This document shows, in pieces, positions 9,227 to 18,953 of a DNA stretch of 64,000 nt. A program made the translations under genes and the position numbers. Numbering within the stretch: the first letter of the stretch is position 1; each line of letters begins with the position of its first letter. The notes beneath the pieces were generated by a model that worked only from the letters and a program-made list of their open reading frames with translations, searched no databases and was not told the DNA's origin. This DNA comes from Candidatus Altiarchaeales archaeon (GTDB taxonomy: Archaea > Altiarchaeota > Altiarchaeia > IMC4 > SCGC-AAA252-I15): NCBI GenBank assembly GCA_014727915.1, contig WJMO01000005.1:416001-480000 (forward strand). The letters run 5' to 3'.

Positions 9227-9892
9227 TTATAATCCATTGCGTGGGCAGATGTGTTTGACCTGGCATTCGTCGCATCTGGGCTTGCGCGCCCGGCAAACCG
9301 CCCGGCCGTGCTCGACGAACACCCGGTTCACGCTGCTCCAATCCCCCCGGGGATATGCGTCCATGAGGTCCCTTTCGATCTTCACCGGATCAGTGTTACC
9401 TGTCAAACCCATCCGGTAGGACAGCCTCTTCACGTGGGTGTCCACGGCGATGCCCTCCACCCTGTCAAAGGCGGCGAACAACACGATGTTAGCAGTCTTC
9501 CTCGCGACACCCGGGAGCGTGAGAAGATCATCCATCGTGTCCGGAACCTCACCCCCATACTCCTCGACTATCCTTCCTGCAGCGCCCCGTATGTTCTTGG
9601 CCTTGTTCCTGTAGAACCCCGTGCTCCTGATATCCTTCTCCAAATCCTCCTGCCGCGCATTCGCATAGTCCTCTGCAGTCCGGTACTTCCGGAACAATTC
9701 CCTGGTCACGACGTTCACCCTGGCGTCAGTGCACTGAGCGGACAATATGGTGGCGACTAGCATCTCCAACGGCGTCCTATGCTCCAACGCGGTCTTCGGA
9801 GCCCTGGGATACACCCTCTTCAGCACAGCCAGTATCTCCCCCGCATGGTCAGGGGATGGTGCAGCAGCACCCGTCGATGTAGATTTCATCAT
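9227..9892 (-). CDS. nth: Endonuclease III (start uncertain)
   Basis: LVATILSAQCTD, HhH motif LPGVARKTAN, AVDTHV, C-x6-C-x2-C-x5-C 4Fe-4S motif; the ORF-track N-terminal extension overlaps the next gene. Confidence 0.92.
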   Translation of the reverse strand: MMKSTSTGAAAPSPDHAGEILAVLKRVYPRAPKTALEHRTPLEMLVATILSAQCTDARVNVVTRELFRKYRTAEDYANARQEDLEKDIRSTGFYRNKAKNIRGAAGRIVEEYGGEVPDTMDDLLTLPGVARKTANIVLFAAFDRVEGIAVDTHVKRLSYRMGLTGNTDPVKIERDLMDAYPRGDWSSVNRVFVEHGRAVCRARKPRCDECQVKHICPRNGL

Positions 9893-11279
9893 AAGAACAG
9901 TCGCTTTGGCTGTGGACCTTACGGCCTGCAGAATACTGACCCCACTGGCAGAACTCCTCGCAGTCCTGGTCAGTGTAATCCGGGATGCACCTGCACTCGC
10001 TACTCTGTTGCATGCACCAGCTGCCGCTGCTGCAGCTGCCACCGCAGTATGGGTATGTGACCTGGCAGGGAACAGCCAAGACGGTCGTAGGGGGACTCAT
10101 GGTCGTGGTCACCCTAACAGTGGTCGTAGTGGCCCTCAATGTGGTGGTCGACGATGTGGGAACGCACTCGCACATGGCCAGTCTCTTACCCACACCCGCG
10201 ATATACGTGCACTTCTGCCCCCGGGGGCAGATGCCGCCGGCGCAGGTCTTCGTGAAACCCGGCAGCACGAGGTTGCACGGCTTGCCAGGCTGGGTGGTCG
10301 ATGTGGTGGTCGTCGCATACAATGGGCCGAGGCAGAGGCACTCGCACGGCCCCCTCTCATCCTCTCCAAGGCAGCAACCGTCGCAGCCCCGGTATATGCA
10401 CCCCAGCCGGTCCCCCCTGTTGGAGGCGTCCGGGCATACAGCATGGCTGTTCTGCCAGACATCGCAGAGGCCGTCGACCGCGTAGAACCTCGGGTTGGCG
10501 CCCCTCGGGTAGTCCGCCCTGCACCTTTCAGGGCAGTTGACGTCTTCGCAGGGGTCGCCGGCATCCGGTACCGTTGTAGTCGTTGAATCCCCGTCTCCCC
10601 CCTCTATTGTGATGCAGCAGCATTCGCTGGGGTCGCAGTCCCCGTCGCCCAACGGCACGTGCGTGAACCCGTCCGGGCACGGCTCAAAGCAGAGGTGTGA
10701 CGTGTATCCACTGTCCTCGCACGCGTCCTTGCAGGTTATCAGGCTTGAGTTCACGCATTTCGCGTTCACGCAGGTCTCCCACTCCTCGCATCTGTCGTAG
10801 GCTTCGATGTCCGACTTCATGGTGCACGTTGCATCCGGCTTGCCCGGCCTGCTGCACCTGGGCTTCTCAACGTATGTCACGACGTTACCCCGGTAGCATT
10901 TCAGGTAGCTGGTCTCCTCCCCGCAGTCCTTGTGCATACGGCATGCGATAGTAGTGGACGTCGTAGTCGGCTCTGGCAGGGTTGAGTCGGTGGTGGTTGT
11001 TAAGCTTGATGACGTGGCCGGCACCGCCTTAACAGTCGAGGTCGTCTGCAGCGTAGATGTCGAAACGGTTATGGCGGTCTCCTCGTCGTCACAGACCCTG
11101 TTGCTGTTTATGTCCAGGCAGCATTCCTCCCCCTTCTGGAGGTATGGGGGGTTGCATACGAACGATTCCTCCCTGTCCGGCGGTGTGACCTCGATGCCGA
11201 GGGGCTCGCATAGGCACCCTGAGAGGAGCAGGAGGGACAGTAGGACTAGCATTGATATCAAATGATGCCTGGCCCTCAT
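9849..11279 (-). CDS. Cys-rich, Thr-linker multidomain lipoprotein/surface protein
   Basis: LLSGC lipobox; several small Cys modules separated by Thr runs. Confidence 0.8.
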   Translation of the reverse strand: MRARHHLISMLVLLSLLLLSGCLCEPLGIEVTPPDREESFVCNPPYLQKGEECCLDINSNRVCDDEETAITVSTSTLQTTSTVKAVPATSSSLTTTTDSTLPEPTTTSTTIACRMHKDCGEETSYLKCYRGNVVTYVEKPRCSRPGKPDATCTMKSDIEAYDRCEEWETCVNAKCVNSSLITCKDACEDSGYTSHLCFEPCPDGFTHVPLGDGDCDPSECCCITIEGGDGDSTTTTVPDAGDPCEDVNCPERCRADYPRGANPRFYAVDGLCDVWQNSHAVCPDASNRGDRLGCIYRGCDGCCLGEDERGPCECLCLGPLYATTTTSTTQPGKPCNLVLPGFTKTCAGGICPRGQKCTYIAGVGKRLAMCECVPTSSTTTLRATTTTVRVTTTMSPPTTVLAVPCQVTYPYCGGSCSSGSWCMQQSSECRCIPDYTDQDCEEFCQWGQYSAGRKVHSQSDCSYDEIYIDGCCCTIP

Positions 11280-11325
11280 ACGATATAAGTATTCGATGTG
11301 GGATTTAAAACTTGGGAGAGGGATT

Positions 11326-11530
11326 AGAAGCAGTGTGCCATAGGGTCAGGTAGGGTTTTTACGCCCACCTTCCTTGCGGAAGATATCCCTGATGCACCAT
11401 CTTGCGTAAGCTTAATGGGTTTCTTGACACCACATCACTCCTGAGAGCGTTCAACCAGGTTGAACCGATAACCTCCTATGCGGCTATCAATGGGATGTCC
11501 TTTTCAGGGTATTACCTGATTTCCCCGCAC
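11326..11530 (-). ncRNA. Candidate structured ncRNA, copy A (homolog of 59310-59513)
   Basis: Reverse complement aligns end to end with 59310-59513; compensatory changes in stems; upstream TATA motif; no ORF. Confidence 0.8.
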
Positions 11531-11552
11531 AAAAATTTGCGTATTACTACAT

Positions 11553-13979
11553 ATGATGTGCTCATATAAATACTTATCGATTGTCGTGTACATTCTTGTG
11601 CACTCAAACATGGTTTTTTTCAATTATTTAGAAAATCACCCAATAGATACTGGTAAAAAATTGAATTCCAAACATAAACTGTTCCTGGTGATGTCGATCG
11701 TTGCATTCGCTCAACTGGCAGTATCACAGCTTACCGTAGACCTGAACACACCAGTTGACGGCGGGAACGTATCGGACACGTCAGTCACCTTCAACTGCAC
11801 GGCATACTCCCCAGGCCCCGGCCTAGAGAACGTTACCCTGTACTTCTCAACCATTGGCGCGGGAATAACCCAGACGGCATATTTCCAGGACGATAGGGAC
11901 GGGTACACGGGAACCAGGGACGCTACCATAAAGGAGGGAGACCCGGACAACAACTACGAGACGGAGGCTCCATTGTACGTTGACGGCTCCACGCCGTCAG
12001 GTTATGAGAACTGGGCTCTGATGAAGTTCGACATATCCTCGATACCCTCCTACGCCACAGTAACCGGGGTCAACCTGTCAGTGTACATCGTGGACCAGGG
12101 CGACGCCTACGCATTCTACCAGGTCAAGCGGGACTGGGTCGAGTCTGAAGTCACCTATAACGAGTACTCTTCCGGGAACAGCTGGGAGACAGCGGGGGCC
12201 AAGGGTGCGAATGACATTGGCTCGACTGTGTTGGCAAGACTGCCCGGAACCGGCTATTCCGGGAACCAGACCATACAATTCAACCCGGACGGTATCGCCC
12301 TCGTCCAGGACTGGGTGGACGGCACGACCAGCAACTATGGCTTCATAATAGTGAACGTATCAATGACTGGCGGGACCGACATAGCATCGAGCGAGGGAGA
12401 CACGGAGAGGCACCCCGTCCTGGCCGTGACATACCAGTATGGGATCTCATGGCATGCCAACGAGACCAAATCCGCATCCGGCGCCGAGGACAATTTACTC
12501 TTCACCAAGACGCTCACAGACAACGTCGGATACGAGTGGAACTGCCTGGCTGTTGACACGCCAAACGCACAGAACTTCTCCATATCCAACTATACCTTCT
12601 CACTGAACACGAGCTTCATACCCGGCTACCCGAACAGCCCCCAACTGATCTATCCCCCAGACGGGTCTTTCCTATCGACGACGGACGTGCTGTTGAACGT
12701 GACAGTCGACGAACCGGAGGCTGGAGGCTTGGACGTCACATTCTACGGCCGGAACGTCTCGGAAAACTTCACCATGATCGCTTTGCCAGACACCCAAAAC
12801 TACGTCGAATACGAGGCTAACGCGCCGATATTCACAAACCAGACCCAGTGGATAGCCCAGCACTACAGCGACATGAACATAAAGATGGTATTGCACGAAG
12901 GCGATGTCGGAGACCACTGGAACTCGGACACGGAATACGTCCGCGCCAACACGAGCCTTTCAGTCCTCGACAACCACGACATACCCTACAGTGTGGTGCC
13001 CGGCAACCACGACCACGAAGGGGACACGGACAGCTCAACAGCCTACTATAACACCTACTTCCCCGTCTCCCGCTATGAGGGAGAGAGCTGGTGGGGAGGC
13101 AACTACAGCGGTAACGACAACAACTACCAGCTGATGACCATCAACGGCATGGACTTCATATTCCTGAGCCTTGACGTCTGCCCGTCAGACGACGAGATAC
13201 GATGGGCCAACGAGACATTCGAGGCATACCCCGACAGGAGGGGCATACTTACCACACACGCCTACTTGGACTCCAGCGGGGGCAGGACGCCCCACTACTG
13301 CTCGAACACCCAGTACATCTGGGACGACCTCATACGCCACCATGACAACCTCCAGATAGTCCTCTGCGGCCATGTACACTCTGAAAAACGGAGGACAGAC
13401 GACAACCTCGCGGGTAACCCTGTCCATCAGATGCTGGCAGACTACCAGGACCTGTCGAACGGCGGTAACGGCTATCTGAGGATCCTCACGTTCTCTCCAG
13501 CCGACGACACCATCTACGTGAAGACATATTCCCCCTACCTCGAACAATATGACACGGACTCTGAGAGCGAGTTCACCCTGGCCTACACGATGTCGAACGG
13601 CTACGCGGACCTAGGCGGCATCGTCGGCGTGGAAAGCGGGTCACACGCCAACATCACATGGTCGGAGCCCTGGGAGGACACCACCTACCAGTGGTTCGTA
13701 AGCGTGGTCGACGACGAATCCAAGATGACCAACTCTACCGTCTGGTCCTTCAACATAGACAATCTCATATGCACGGGCAGGGACTACACGGGAACAGGCA
13801 ACTGGGACGTGACATCGGACAACAGCTGCCTTGACACGGACATATCCGTGCAAGGGCTGCTGAACGTGAACAACTCGCTACTATCCGTGAATGGGCTCAC
13901 AATATCGCTCAACAATCCGATGCTCCGATTGAACGGTGGTCAGATCTCACTGGCTGACTCCGTCCTCGCATTCCCCTAA
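11553..13979 (+). CDS. Secreted calcineurin-like metallophosphoesterase with DNRLRE(CBM96)-like and Ig-like domains (start probably TTG 11661)
   Basis: GYTGTRDATI...ALMKFDISSIP..PVLAVTY domain; DTQ, HEGD, PGNHD, TTHAY and CGHVH metallophosphoesterase motifs. Confidence 0.85.
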   Translation: MMCSYKYLSIVVYILVHSNMVFFNYLENHPIDTGKKLNSKHKLFLVMSIVAFAQLAVSQLTVDLNTPVDGGNVSDTSVTFNCTAYSPGPGLENVTLYFSTIGAGITQTAYFQDDRDGYTGTRDATIKEGDPDNNYETEAPLYVDGSTPSGYENWALMKFDISSIPSYATVTGVNLSVYIVDQGDAYAFYQVKRDWVESEVTYNEYSSGNSWETAGAKGANDIGSTVLARLPGTGYSGNQTIQFNPDGIALVQDWVDGTTSNYGFIIVNVSMTGGTDIASSEGDTERHPVLAVTYQYGISWHANETKSASGAEDNLLFTKTLTDNVGYEWNCLAVDTPNAQNFSISNYTFSLNTSFIPGYPNSPQLIYPPDGSFLSTTDVLLNVTVDEPEAGGLDVTFYGRNVSENFTMIALPDTQNYVEYEANAPIFTNQTQWIAQHYSDMNIKMVLHEGDVGDHWNSDTEYVRANTSLSVLDNHDIPYSVVPGNHDHEGDTDSSTAYYNTYFPVSRYEGESWWGGNYSGNDNNYQLMTINGMDFIFLSLDVCPSDDEIRWANETFEAYPDRRGILTTHAYLDSSGGRTPHYCSNTQYIWDDLIRHHDNLQIVLCGHVHSEKRRTDDNLAGNPVHQMLADYQDLSNGGNGYLRILTFSPADDTIYVKTYSPYLEQYDTDSESEFTLAYTMSNGYADLGGIVGVESGSHANITWSEPWEDTTYQWFVSVVDDESKMTNSTVWSFNIDNLICTGRDYTGTGNWDVTSDNSCLDTDISVQGLLNVNNSLLSVNGLTISLNNPMLRLNGGQISLADSVLAFP
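11563..11578 (-). promoter_or_regulatory. BRE/TATA-like promoter upstream of ncRNA copy A
   Basis: Minus strand GATAAGTATTTATATG, matching GACAAGCTTTTATATG before copy B. Confidence 0.6.
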
Positions 13980-13990
13980 AAAGGACTATT

Positions 13991-14251
13991 TCAGAACATG
14001 TCAGGGGTTTTCCCCGCTGCTTTCACAACGCCCACGACGACTCCAGCGTCCAGCCATCCCTCAGCGTACTCCAAAGCTGCGAAGGCATTCACGTATTCTC
14101 CGTTGTCGCGGAAGTGGAGTGCGTCTTTGTAGTATCTTAATGCGCTGTCCCTGACCTTCTCCCCTCGCTCGTCCAGGGACTCTATGTTGTTGAAGGATGA
14201 TTCGGCCTTCTCCAGGTATCTCTCCAGCCGCTCTCTCAGCTCACTTGTCAT
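13991..14251 (-). CDS. DUF357 family protein
   Basis: YYKDALHF....YVNAFAALEYAEGWLDAG. Confidence 0.88.
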   Translation of the reverse strand: MTSELRERLERYLEKAESSFNNIESLDERGEKVRDSALRYYKDALHFRDNGEYVNAFAALEYAEGWLDAGVVVGVVKAAGKTPDMF

Positions 14252-14552
14252 GTTGTTCCAGGATACGATCGTGTAAGGTGGCCTCCTCCTGGACTACGGT
14301 CTTGCCGGCGGCCACCTCGTCAATGCTGTGGATGGTGGCGCCGATGTCCATGACAATCTTCTTGATGTTGTTTATGTCAGGGAACTTCCCCTCCACAGTC
14401 ACCTTGACGTTCTCCACCCTCTGGTCTATCTCGTAGACGCTGATGTTAACGCCCTCTATACCGTCCACTTCCGCTATGTTCTTGGCCAATACCGTTATGT
14501 TGGGGTCGTGGGGCTTGAGCACGTCCAACACCACACGTCGAAGCTCTATCAT
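14241..14552 (-). CDS. DUF211 family protein
   Basis: RRVVLDVLKPHDP...GATIHSIDEVAAG. Confidence 0.9.
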   Translation of the reverse strand: MIELRRVVLDVLKPHDPNITVLAKNIAEVDGIEGVNISVYEIDQRVENVKVTVEGKFPDINNIKKIVMDIGATIHSIDEVAAGKTVVQEEATLHDRILEQHDK

Positions 14553-14646
14553 TTTGGATTAGATTACACATCCCTCCTTAAATATGATGCGCTGGTATTT
14601 TTACCATTGAGGACATAAATAAACCCAGACCATCGGAGGAGAGCGG

Positions 14647-17310
14647 ATGCCGACTAAAGGCCTTAAGAACATATTCTACCCGGAGACGATAGCCGTCATC
14701 GGCGCCAGCAACGAGAAGGACAGCGTCGGCTACTCCCTCATGGCGAACATGATAGGCCACGGGTTCAAGGGAACCGTATATCCTGTGAACATCAAATCCG
14801 ACAGCGTACAGGGAGTCCACGCCTACAAGACGGTCAAGGACATACCACGGCAGGTTGACCTGGCGGTTATTGCCACCCCGGCGAAGACGGTTCCCATGGT
14901 GATGGGACAGTGCGGGGAGGCAGGGGTCAAAGGCGCGGTCATAATCTCCGCAGGGTTCAAGGAGACAGGGGATGCCGGCTTGAAGCTGGAATCTGAGGTC
15001 AGGGAGATAGCGACCAAACACGGCATAAGGGTCGTGGGCCCCAACTGCCTCGGCGTCATAAACCCACGGATAAACCTGAACGCCAGCTTCGCGATAGACA
15101 TGCCCCTGGAGGGGAACATAGCCTTCATCTCCCAGAGCGGCGCCCTCTGCTCGTCCATAATTGACTGGGCCAACGATGTGGGCATAGGGTTCAGCAACTT
15201 CGTGTCAGTGGGCTCAATGCTGGACGTGGACTACGGCGACCTGATAGACTTCTTCGGCAGGGACCCGAAGACCAAGAGCATCGTCGTCTACATGGAGTCA
15301 GTGAAGAACGCGGGTAAGTTCATGAGCGCGGCCAGCGGGTTCGCACGGCAGAAGCCCATAGTCATAGTCAAGTCCGGCAGGTACGAGGAAGGCCGGAAGG
15401 CCGTCGTATCCCACACCGGCGCCATCGCAGGATCCGATGACGTCTACAGCGCCGCCTTCCAGAGGGCGGGTGTGGTCAGGGTCAACGAGGTCGGCGACCT
15501 ATTCGACATCGCCGAGAAGCTCGCGAAGGGCCCGTTGCCTAAGGGCCCAGATATCGCGGTCATCACCAACGCAGGCGGCCCCGGGGTGATGGCAACCGAC
15601 AAGATAATCGAGGCCAACGGCAAGCTCGCTGAGATACCAGAGGACATGATAGGCCGTTTGGACAAGGTATTGCCGGCGAGCTGGAGCCGCAACAACCCAT
15701 TGGACGTCCTGGGCGATGCGGGAGCCGACAGGTACAGGCCAGCAGTTGAGGAATGCATAAAGGAGCGGGGCGTGGACAGCGTGATGGTGATGCTGACACC
15801 CCAGGCGGGCACGGACATCACAGAGACGGCTGAGGCGGTGGCTGAAGCGTGGCGTGGCAGCGGAAAGCCAATAACGGCCTGTTGGATGGGGGGCAGGTCC
15901 GTTGAGAGGGCGAAGCAGGTCCTCAGGGAGAATGACATACCCGTCTACCCCACCCCTGAAAAGGCTGTGATGCCCCTAATCGCAAGCTACAACTACGTCC
16001 ATAACCTGGAGCTCCTGCATGAGACTCCGATGGAACTGACCGACGCAGTATGCAGGGACAGGGAGAAGCTGGAGAAGATAATCGAGGAGAGCTACCGCAG
16101 CGGAAATCATGTCCTGTCGGAGCGGGAGTCCAAGGAGTTCCTCAGGGAATACGGGATAAACACGAACCATGCGGTTCTAGCCAAGACCCGGGAGGAGGCG
16201 GTGAAGGCAGCCAATGACGTCGGCTACCCGGTGGTCCTGAAGATCGACTCACCCCAGATAACCCATAAGACCGACGCCGGCGGTGTGATGTTGAGCATCT
16301 ACAACGACGCGGAAGCCGGAAAGGCCTATGATCGGATAATCGAGAACGCGACGAACTACGACGCCAAAGCGGACATAAGGGGTGTTGCTGTCATGAAGAT
16401 GGTAACGGACAGGGGTTTCGAGATGCTTCTTGGCTCCAAAAGGGACGAGGTGTTCGGACAGGTTGTGGTGTTCGGCGCAGGCGGAACCCTCGTCGAGGTG
16501 CTGCGGGACAAGAGCATAGGGCTGCCGCCTCTGAACCAGACCCTGGCCAGGAGGATGATGGAGGAGATCAAGGGCTTCAAGCTGCTGAGGGACGGCTCCC
16601 GTGACAGGTCCCCCGCGGACCTCACGGAGTTGGAGAAGGCCATCATAAACTTCAGCCAGCTGATAATCGACAACCCAGACATAGTCGAAGTCGACATAAA
16701 CCCCCTGCTCGCCTGCAAGGACAAGGTCATAGCATTGGATGCGAGGATTGTATTGGACAGGGAAAGGTCCAAGAAGGGAGGCGAGCACCTGTGCATCACA
16801 CCCTATCCGCGGGAGTACATTGAAGAGTATGAGCTGGCCGCGGGGGAGAGGATACTGCTCCGCCCGATCAAGCCCGAGGACGAGCCCAGGATGAAAGAAC
16901 TGTTCGAAAGCCTCTCCGAGAAGACCATCCACTACCGGTTCTTCCACGCCATAAGGGAGATAACCCATGAGATGCTCGTAAGATACTGCCACAACGACTA
17001 CAACAGGGAGATAGCGATCGTCGCCGAGAAGGACGGGCAGTTCAGGGGTGTGAGCAGGCTCATGTTCGACCCCGGGGAGAGGAGCGCGGAGTTCGCGGTG
17101 GTGGTTACGGACAGATGGCAGAACAAGGGCTTGGGGTCGAAGCTAGTGTCCAAGATAGTCGACGTGGCGAGGTCCAAGGACCTGGAGAAGGTCTATGCCA
17201 CGGTGATAAAGGAGAACCATGCCATGAAGCACGTCGCCGAGAAGCTGGGCTTCAAGGTCGAAGCCACCGACGACCCGCAGATAGACGCGCTGACGTTACG
17301 ACTAAGATGA
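14647..17310 (+). CDS. Bifunctional acyl-CoA ligase (ADP-forming)-like / GNAT protein acetyltransferase (Pat/PatZ type)
   Basis: CoA-binding AVIGAS, GPNCLG, SQSG, SHTGAIAG, ATP-grasp HKTDAGGV and DINPL; C-terminal GNAT AEFAVVV.DRWQNKGLG. Confidence 0.92.
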   Translation: MPTKGLKNIFYPETIAVIGASNEKDSVGYSLMANMIGHGFKGTVYPVNIKSDSVQGVHAYKTVKDIPRQVDLAVIATPAKTVPMVMGQCGEAGVKGAVIISAGFKETGDAGLKLESEVREIATKHGIRVVGPNCLGVINPRINLNASFAIDMPLEGNIAFISQSGALCSSIIDWANDVGIGFSNFVSVGSMLDVDYGDLIDFFGRDPKTKSIVVYMESVKNAGKFMSAASGFARQKPIVIVKSGRYEEGRKAVVSHTGAIAGSDDVYSAAFQRAGVVRVNEVGDLFDIAEKLAKGPLPKGPDIAVITNAGGPGVMATDKIIEANGKLAEIPEDMIGRLDKVLPASWSRNNPLDVLGDAGADRYRPAVEECIKERGVDSVMVMLTPQAGTDITETAEAVAEAWRGSGKPITACWMGGRSVERAKQVLRENDIPVYPTPEKAVMPLIASYNYVHNLELLHETPMELTDAVCRDREKLEKIIEESYRSGNHVLSERESKEFLREYGINTNHAVLAKTREEAVKAANDVGYPVVLKIDSPQITHKTDAGGVMLSIYNDAEAGKAYDRIIENATNYDAKADIRGVAVMKMVTDRGFEMLLGSKRDEVFGQVVVFGAGGTLVEVLRDKSIGLPPLNQTLARRMMEEIKGFKLLRDGSRDRSPADLTELEKAIINFSQLIIDNPDIVEVDINPLLACKDKVIALDARIVLDRERSKKGGEHLCITPYPREYIEEYELAAGERILLRPIKPEDEPRMKELFESLSEKTIHYRFFHAIREITHEMLVRYCHNDYNREIAIVAEKDGQFRGVSRLMFDPGERSAEFAVVVTDRWQNKGLGSKLVSKIVDVARSKDLEKVYATVIKENHAMKHVAEKLGFKVEATDDPQIDALTLRLR

Positions 17311-18419
17311 AGACCGGGATAGTATACCACGACGACTACCTGAAGCACAGGCAGGTGGAGCACCACCCCGAGTGCCCGGAGAGGCTTGAGACAACCCTCG
17401 AGTACTTCCTGAAGACGGGGTTGACCGACCAGGTGGAGATGATCAATCCAGGGCCCGCAGCCGTGGAAGCGCTGACCAGGGTCCACTCCAAAGAGCATGT
17501 GGAGTACATCAGGTGCAGGAGCAGCCAGGGCAAGGGAAAGTTCTCCGTCATCGACTCCGACACCTACATCTGCAGCGAAACCTACGATGTGGCTTTGCTC
17601 GCAGCTGGTGGTGTCATAGCGGCGGGGGAGGCCGTGTGGAAGGGGGAGCTGGACAACTGCTTCGCGCTGGTGAGGCCTCCCGGACACCATGCCTCCATGA
17701 ACCAGGCCACCGGCTTCTGCTACTTCGACAACACAGCGGTTATGATAAAGCACCTGCAGGCCAACCAGGGGCTGAAGAAGGTTTTCCTCTTCGACTGGGA
17801 CGCCCACGCGCCCAATGGCACGATGGGCACGTTCTACAGTGACCCCAGTGTGCTGAACATGAGCATACACCAGGATCCCCGGTCGTTCTACCCCGGCCAC
17901 GGTTTCGTGGACCAGATAGGCGAGGGCGCTGGCAAGGGCTATACCATCAACTTCCCGGTTCCAGGAGGCTCGGGGGACGCGGACTTCATCCACTTCATCG
18001 ACGAGTTCGTAATGGCCAGGGTGAAGAAGTTCAAGCCGGATATGATCGCCGTCTCAGCAGGCCAGGACAGCCACCGAGACGACCTGATATCCCAGCTTCA
18101 GGTGACCGACAACGGATACGCTCTGATGACCCGCAGGTTCATGGAATTGGCGGATGAGCTATGCGGTGGAAAGCTGGTGTTGGCCTTGGAGGGCGGCTAC
18201 AACCTGAAGACCCTTCCAATAACCCATCATACGATCACATCCACCCTCCTGGGAGTCAATGACCCGGAGCCTGCGGGCGGAGAGGTGCTGGATTCCACAA
18301 GGCAGATGATGTCCGAGCTACGGAACAAGCTGAAGGCCTCCACAATATGGCCGGAAGCCCCCGAATACGGCGAGTCAGCCGATTTAGAGGAGGGTGACAG
18401 GAGATGCACGCCCCCCTGA
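17307..18419 (+). CDS. Zn-dependent histone deacetylase family protein
   Basis: HPECPERL, RPPGHHA, GFCYFDN, DWDAH, SAGQD, LEGGY; ATG at 17307 overlaps the upstream stop. Confidence 0.92.
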   Translation: MKTGIVYHDDYLKHRQVEHHPECPERLETTLEYFLKTGLTDQVEMINPGPAAVEALTRVHSKEHVEYIRCRSSQGKGKFSVIDSDTYICSETYDVALLAAGGVIAAGEAVWKGELDNCFALVRPPGHHASMNQATGFCYFDNTAVMIKHLQANQGLKKVFLFDWDAHAPNGTMGTFYSDPSVLNMSIHQDPRSFYPGHGFVDQIGEGAGKGYTINFPVPGGSGDADFIHFIDEFVMARVKKFKPDMIAVSAGQDSHRDDLISQLQVTDNGYALMTRRFMELADELCGGKLVLALEGGYNLKTLPITHHTITSTLLGVNDPEPAGGEVLDSTRQMMSELRNKLKASTIWPEAPEYGESADLEEGDRRCTPP

Positions 18420-18949
18420 AAGCGGATAACACGGTGCTCGTAGTCGTGGACATGCAGGAGAAGTTCAAGCCTGTCATACGCGGCTGGGACGGTGTTGTGG
18501 ACAATGTCGTGAAGCTGGTGAAGGGGTTCAAAGTGCTTGGCGTGCCTGTGGTCCATACGGAACAGTACCCCAAGGGGTTGGGGAGGACCGTCCCCAAACT
18601 ATCCGGCGAACTTGATGGTGATCCGATCGAGAAGCTGCATTTCAGCTGCTTCGGAGACGATGGCTTCTGCCAACGCCTCGGAGAGCTTCAGAGGGAGAAC
18701 ATAGTACTGTGCGGCATCGAAGCCCACGTGTGCCTGCTGAAGACCACGTTGGATGCTTTGGACAGGGGCTATAGCGTCCACTATGTGCTGGACGGAACAT
18801 CCTCCAGGAGGCCGTTGGACAAGGAGGTCGCGGTGGAGCGTGTCATACAGGCGGGCGCGTATACTGTGACATCGGAGATGGTCCTGTTCCAGCTTTTGGA
18901 CAGGTCCGGGACCGAAGAGTTCACGGAGATAAGCAAGCTCGTGAAGTAG
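18404..18949 (+). CDS. Isochorismatase/cysteine hydrolase family protein
   Basis: VVDMQEKF, TEQYPKGLG.TV, EK..FSC, GIEAHVC. Confidence 0.9.
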   Translation: MHAPLKADNTVLVVVDMQEKFKPVIRGWDGVVDNVVKLVKGFKVLGVPVVHTEQYPKGLGRTVPKLSGELDGDPIEKLHFSCFGDDGFCQRLGELQRENIVLCGIEAHVCLLKTTLDALDRGYSVHYVLDGTSSRRPLDKEVAVERVIQAGAYTVTSEMVLFQLLDRSGTEEFTEISKLVK

Positions 18950-18953
18950 CTGC

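Noticed and set aside
11326-11530. The repeat element as a group II intron remnant (GTGCG start; AGCCG...CGGTTC looks domain V-like)
   Set aside because: Copy B starts GTGTA and has AACCG; the motif is in the wrong position, there is no domain VI or AY end, no gene is interrupted and no RT is present
17115-17306. N-terminal extension of the HDAC ORF (likewise for nth, ipk, proB, pcm and the GT at 47407)
   Set aside because: The extensions overlap neighbouring genes or precede the point where family similarity begins at a downstream start
17790-17825. HDAC motif DWDAHAPNGT as a sign of inactivation
   Set aside because: The D-x-H zinc ligands, GHHA and LEGGY are intact; only non-ligand positions differ
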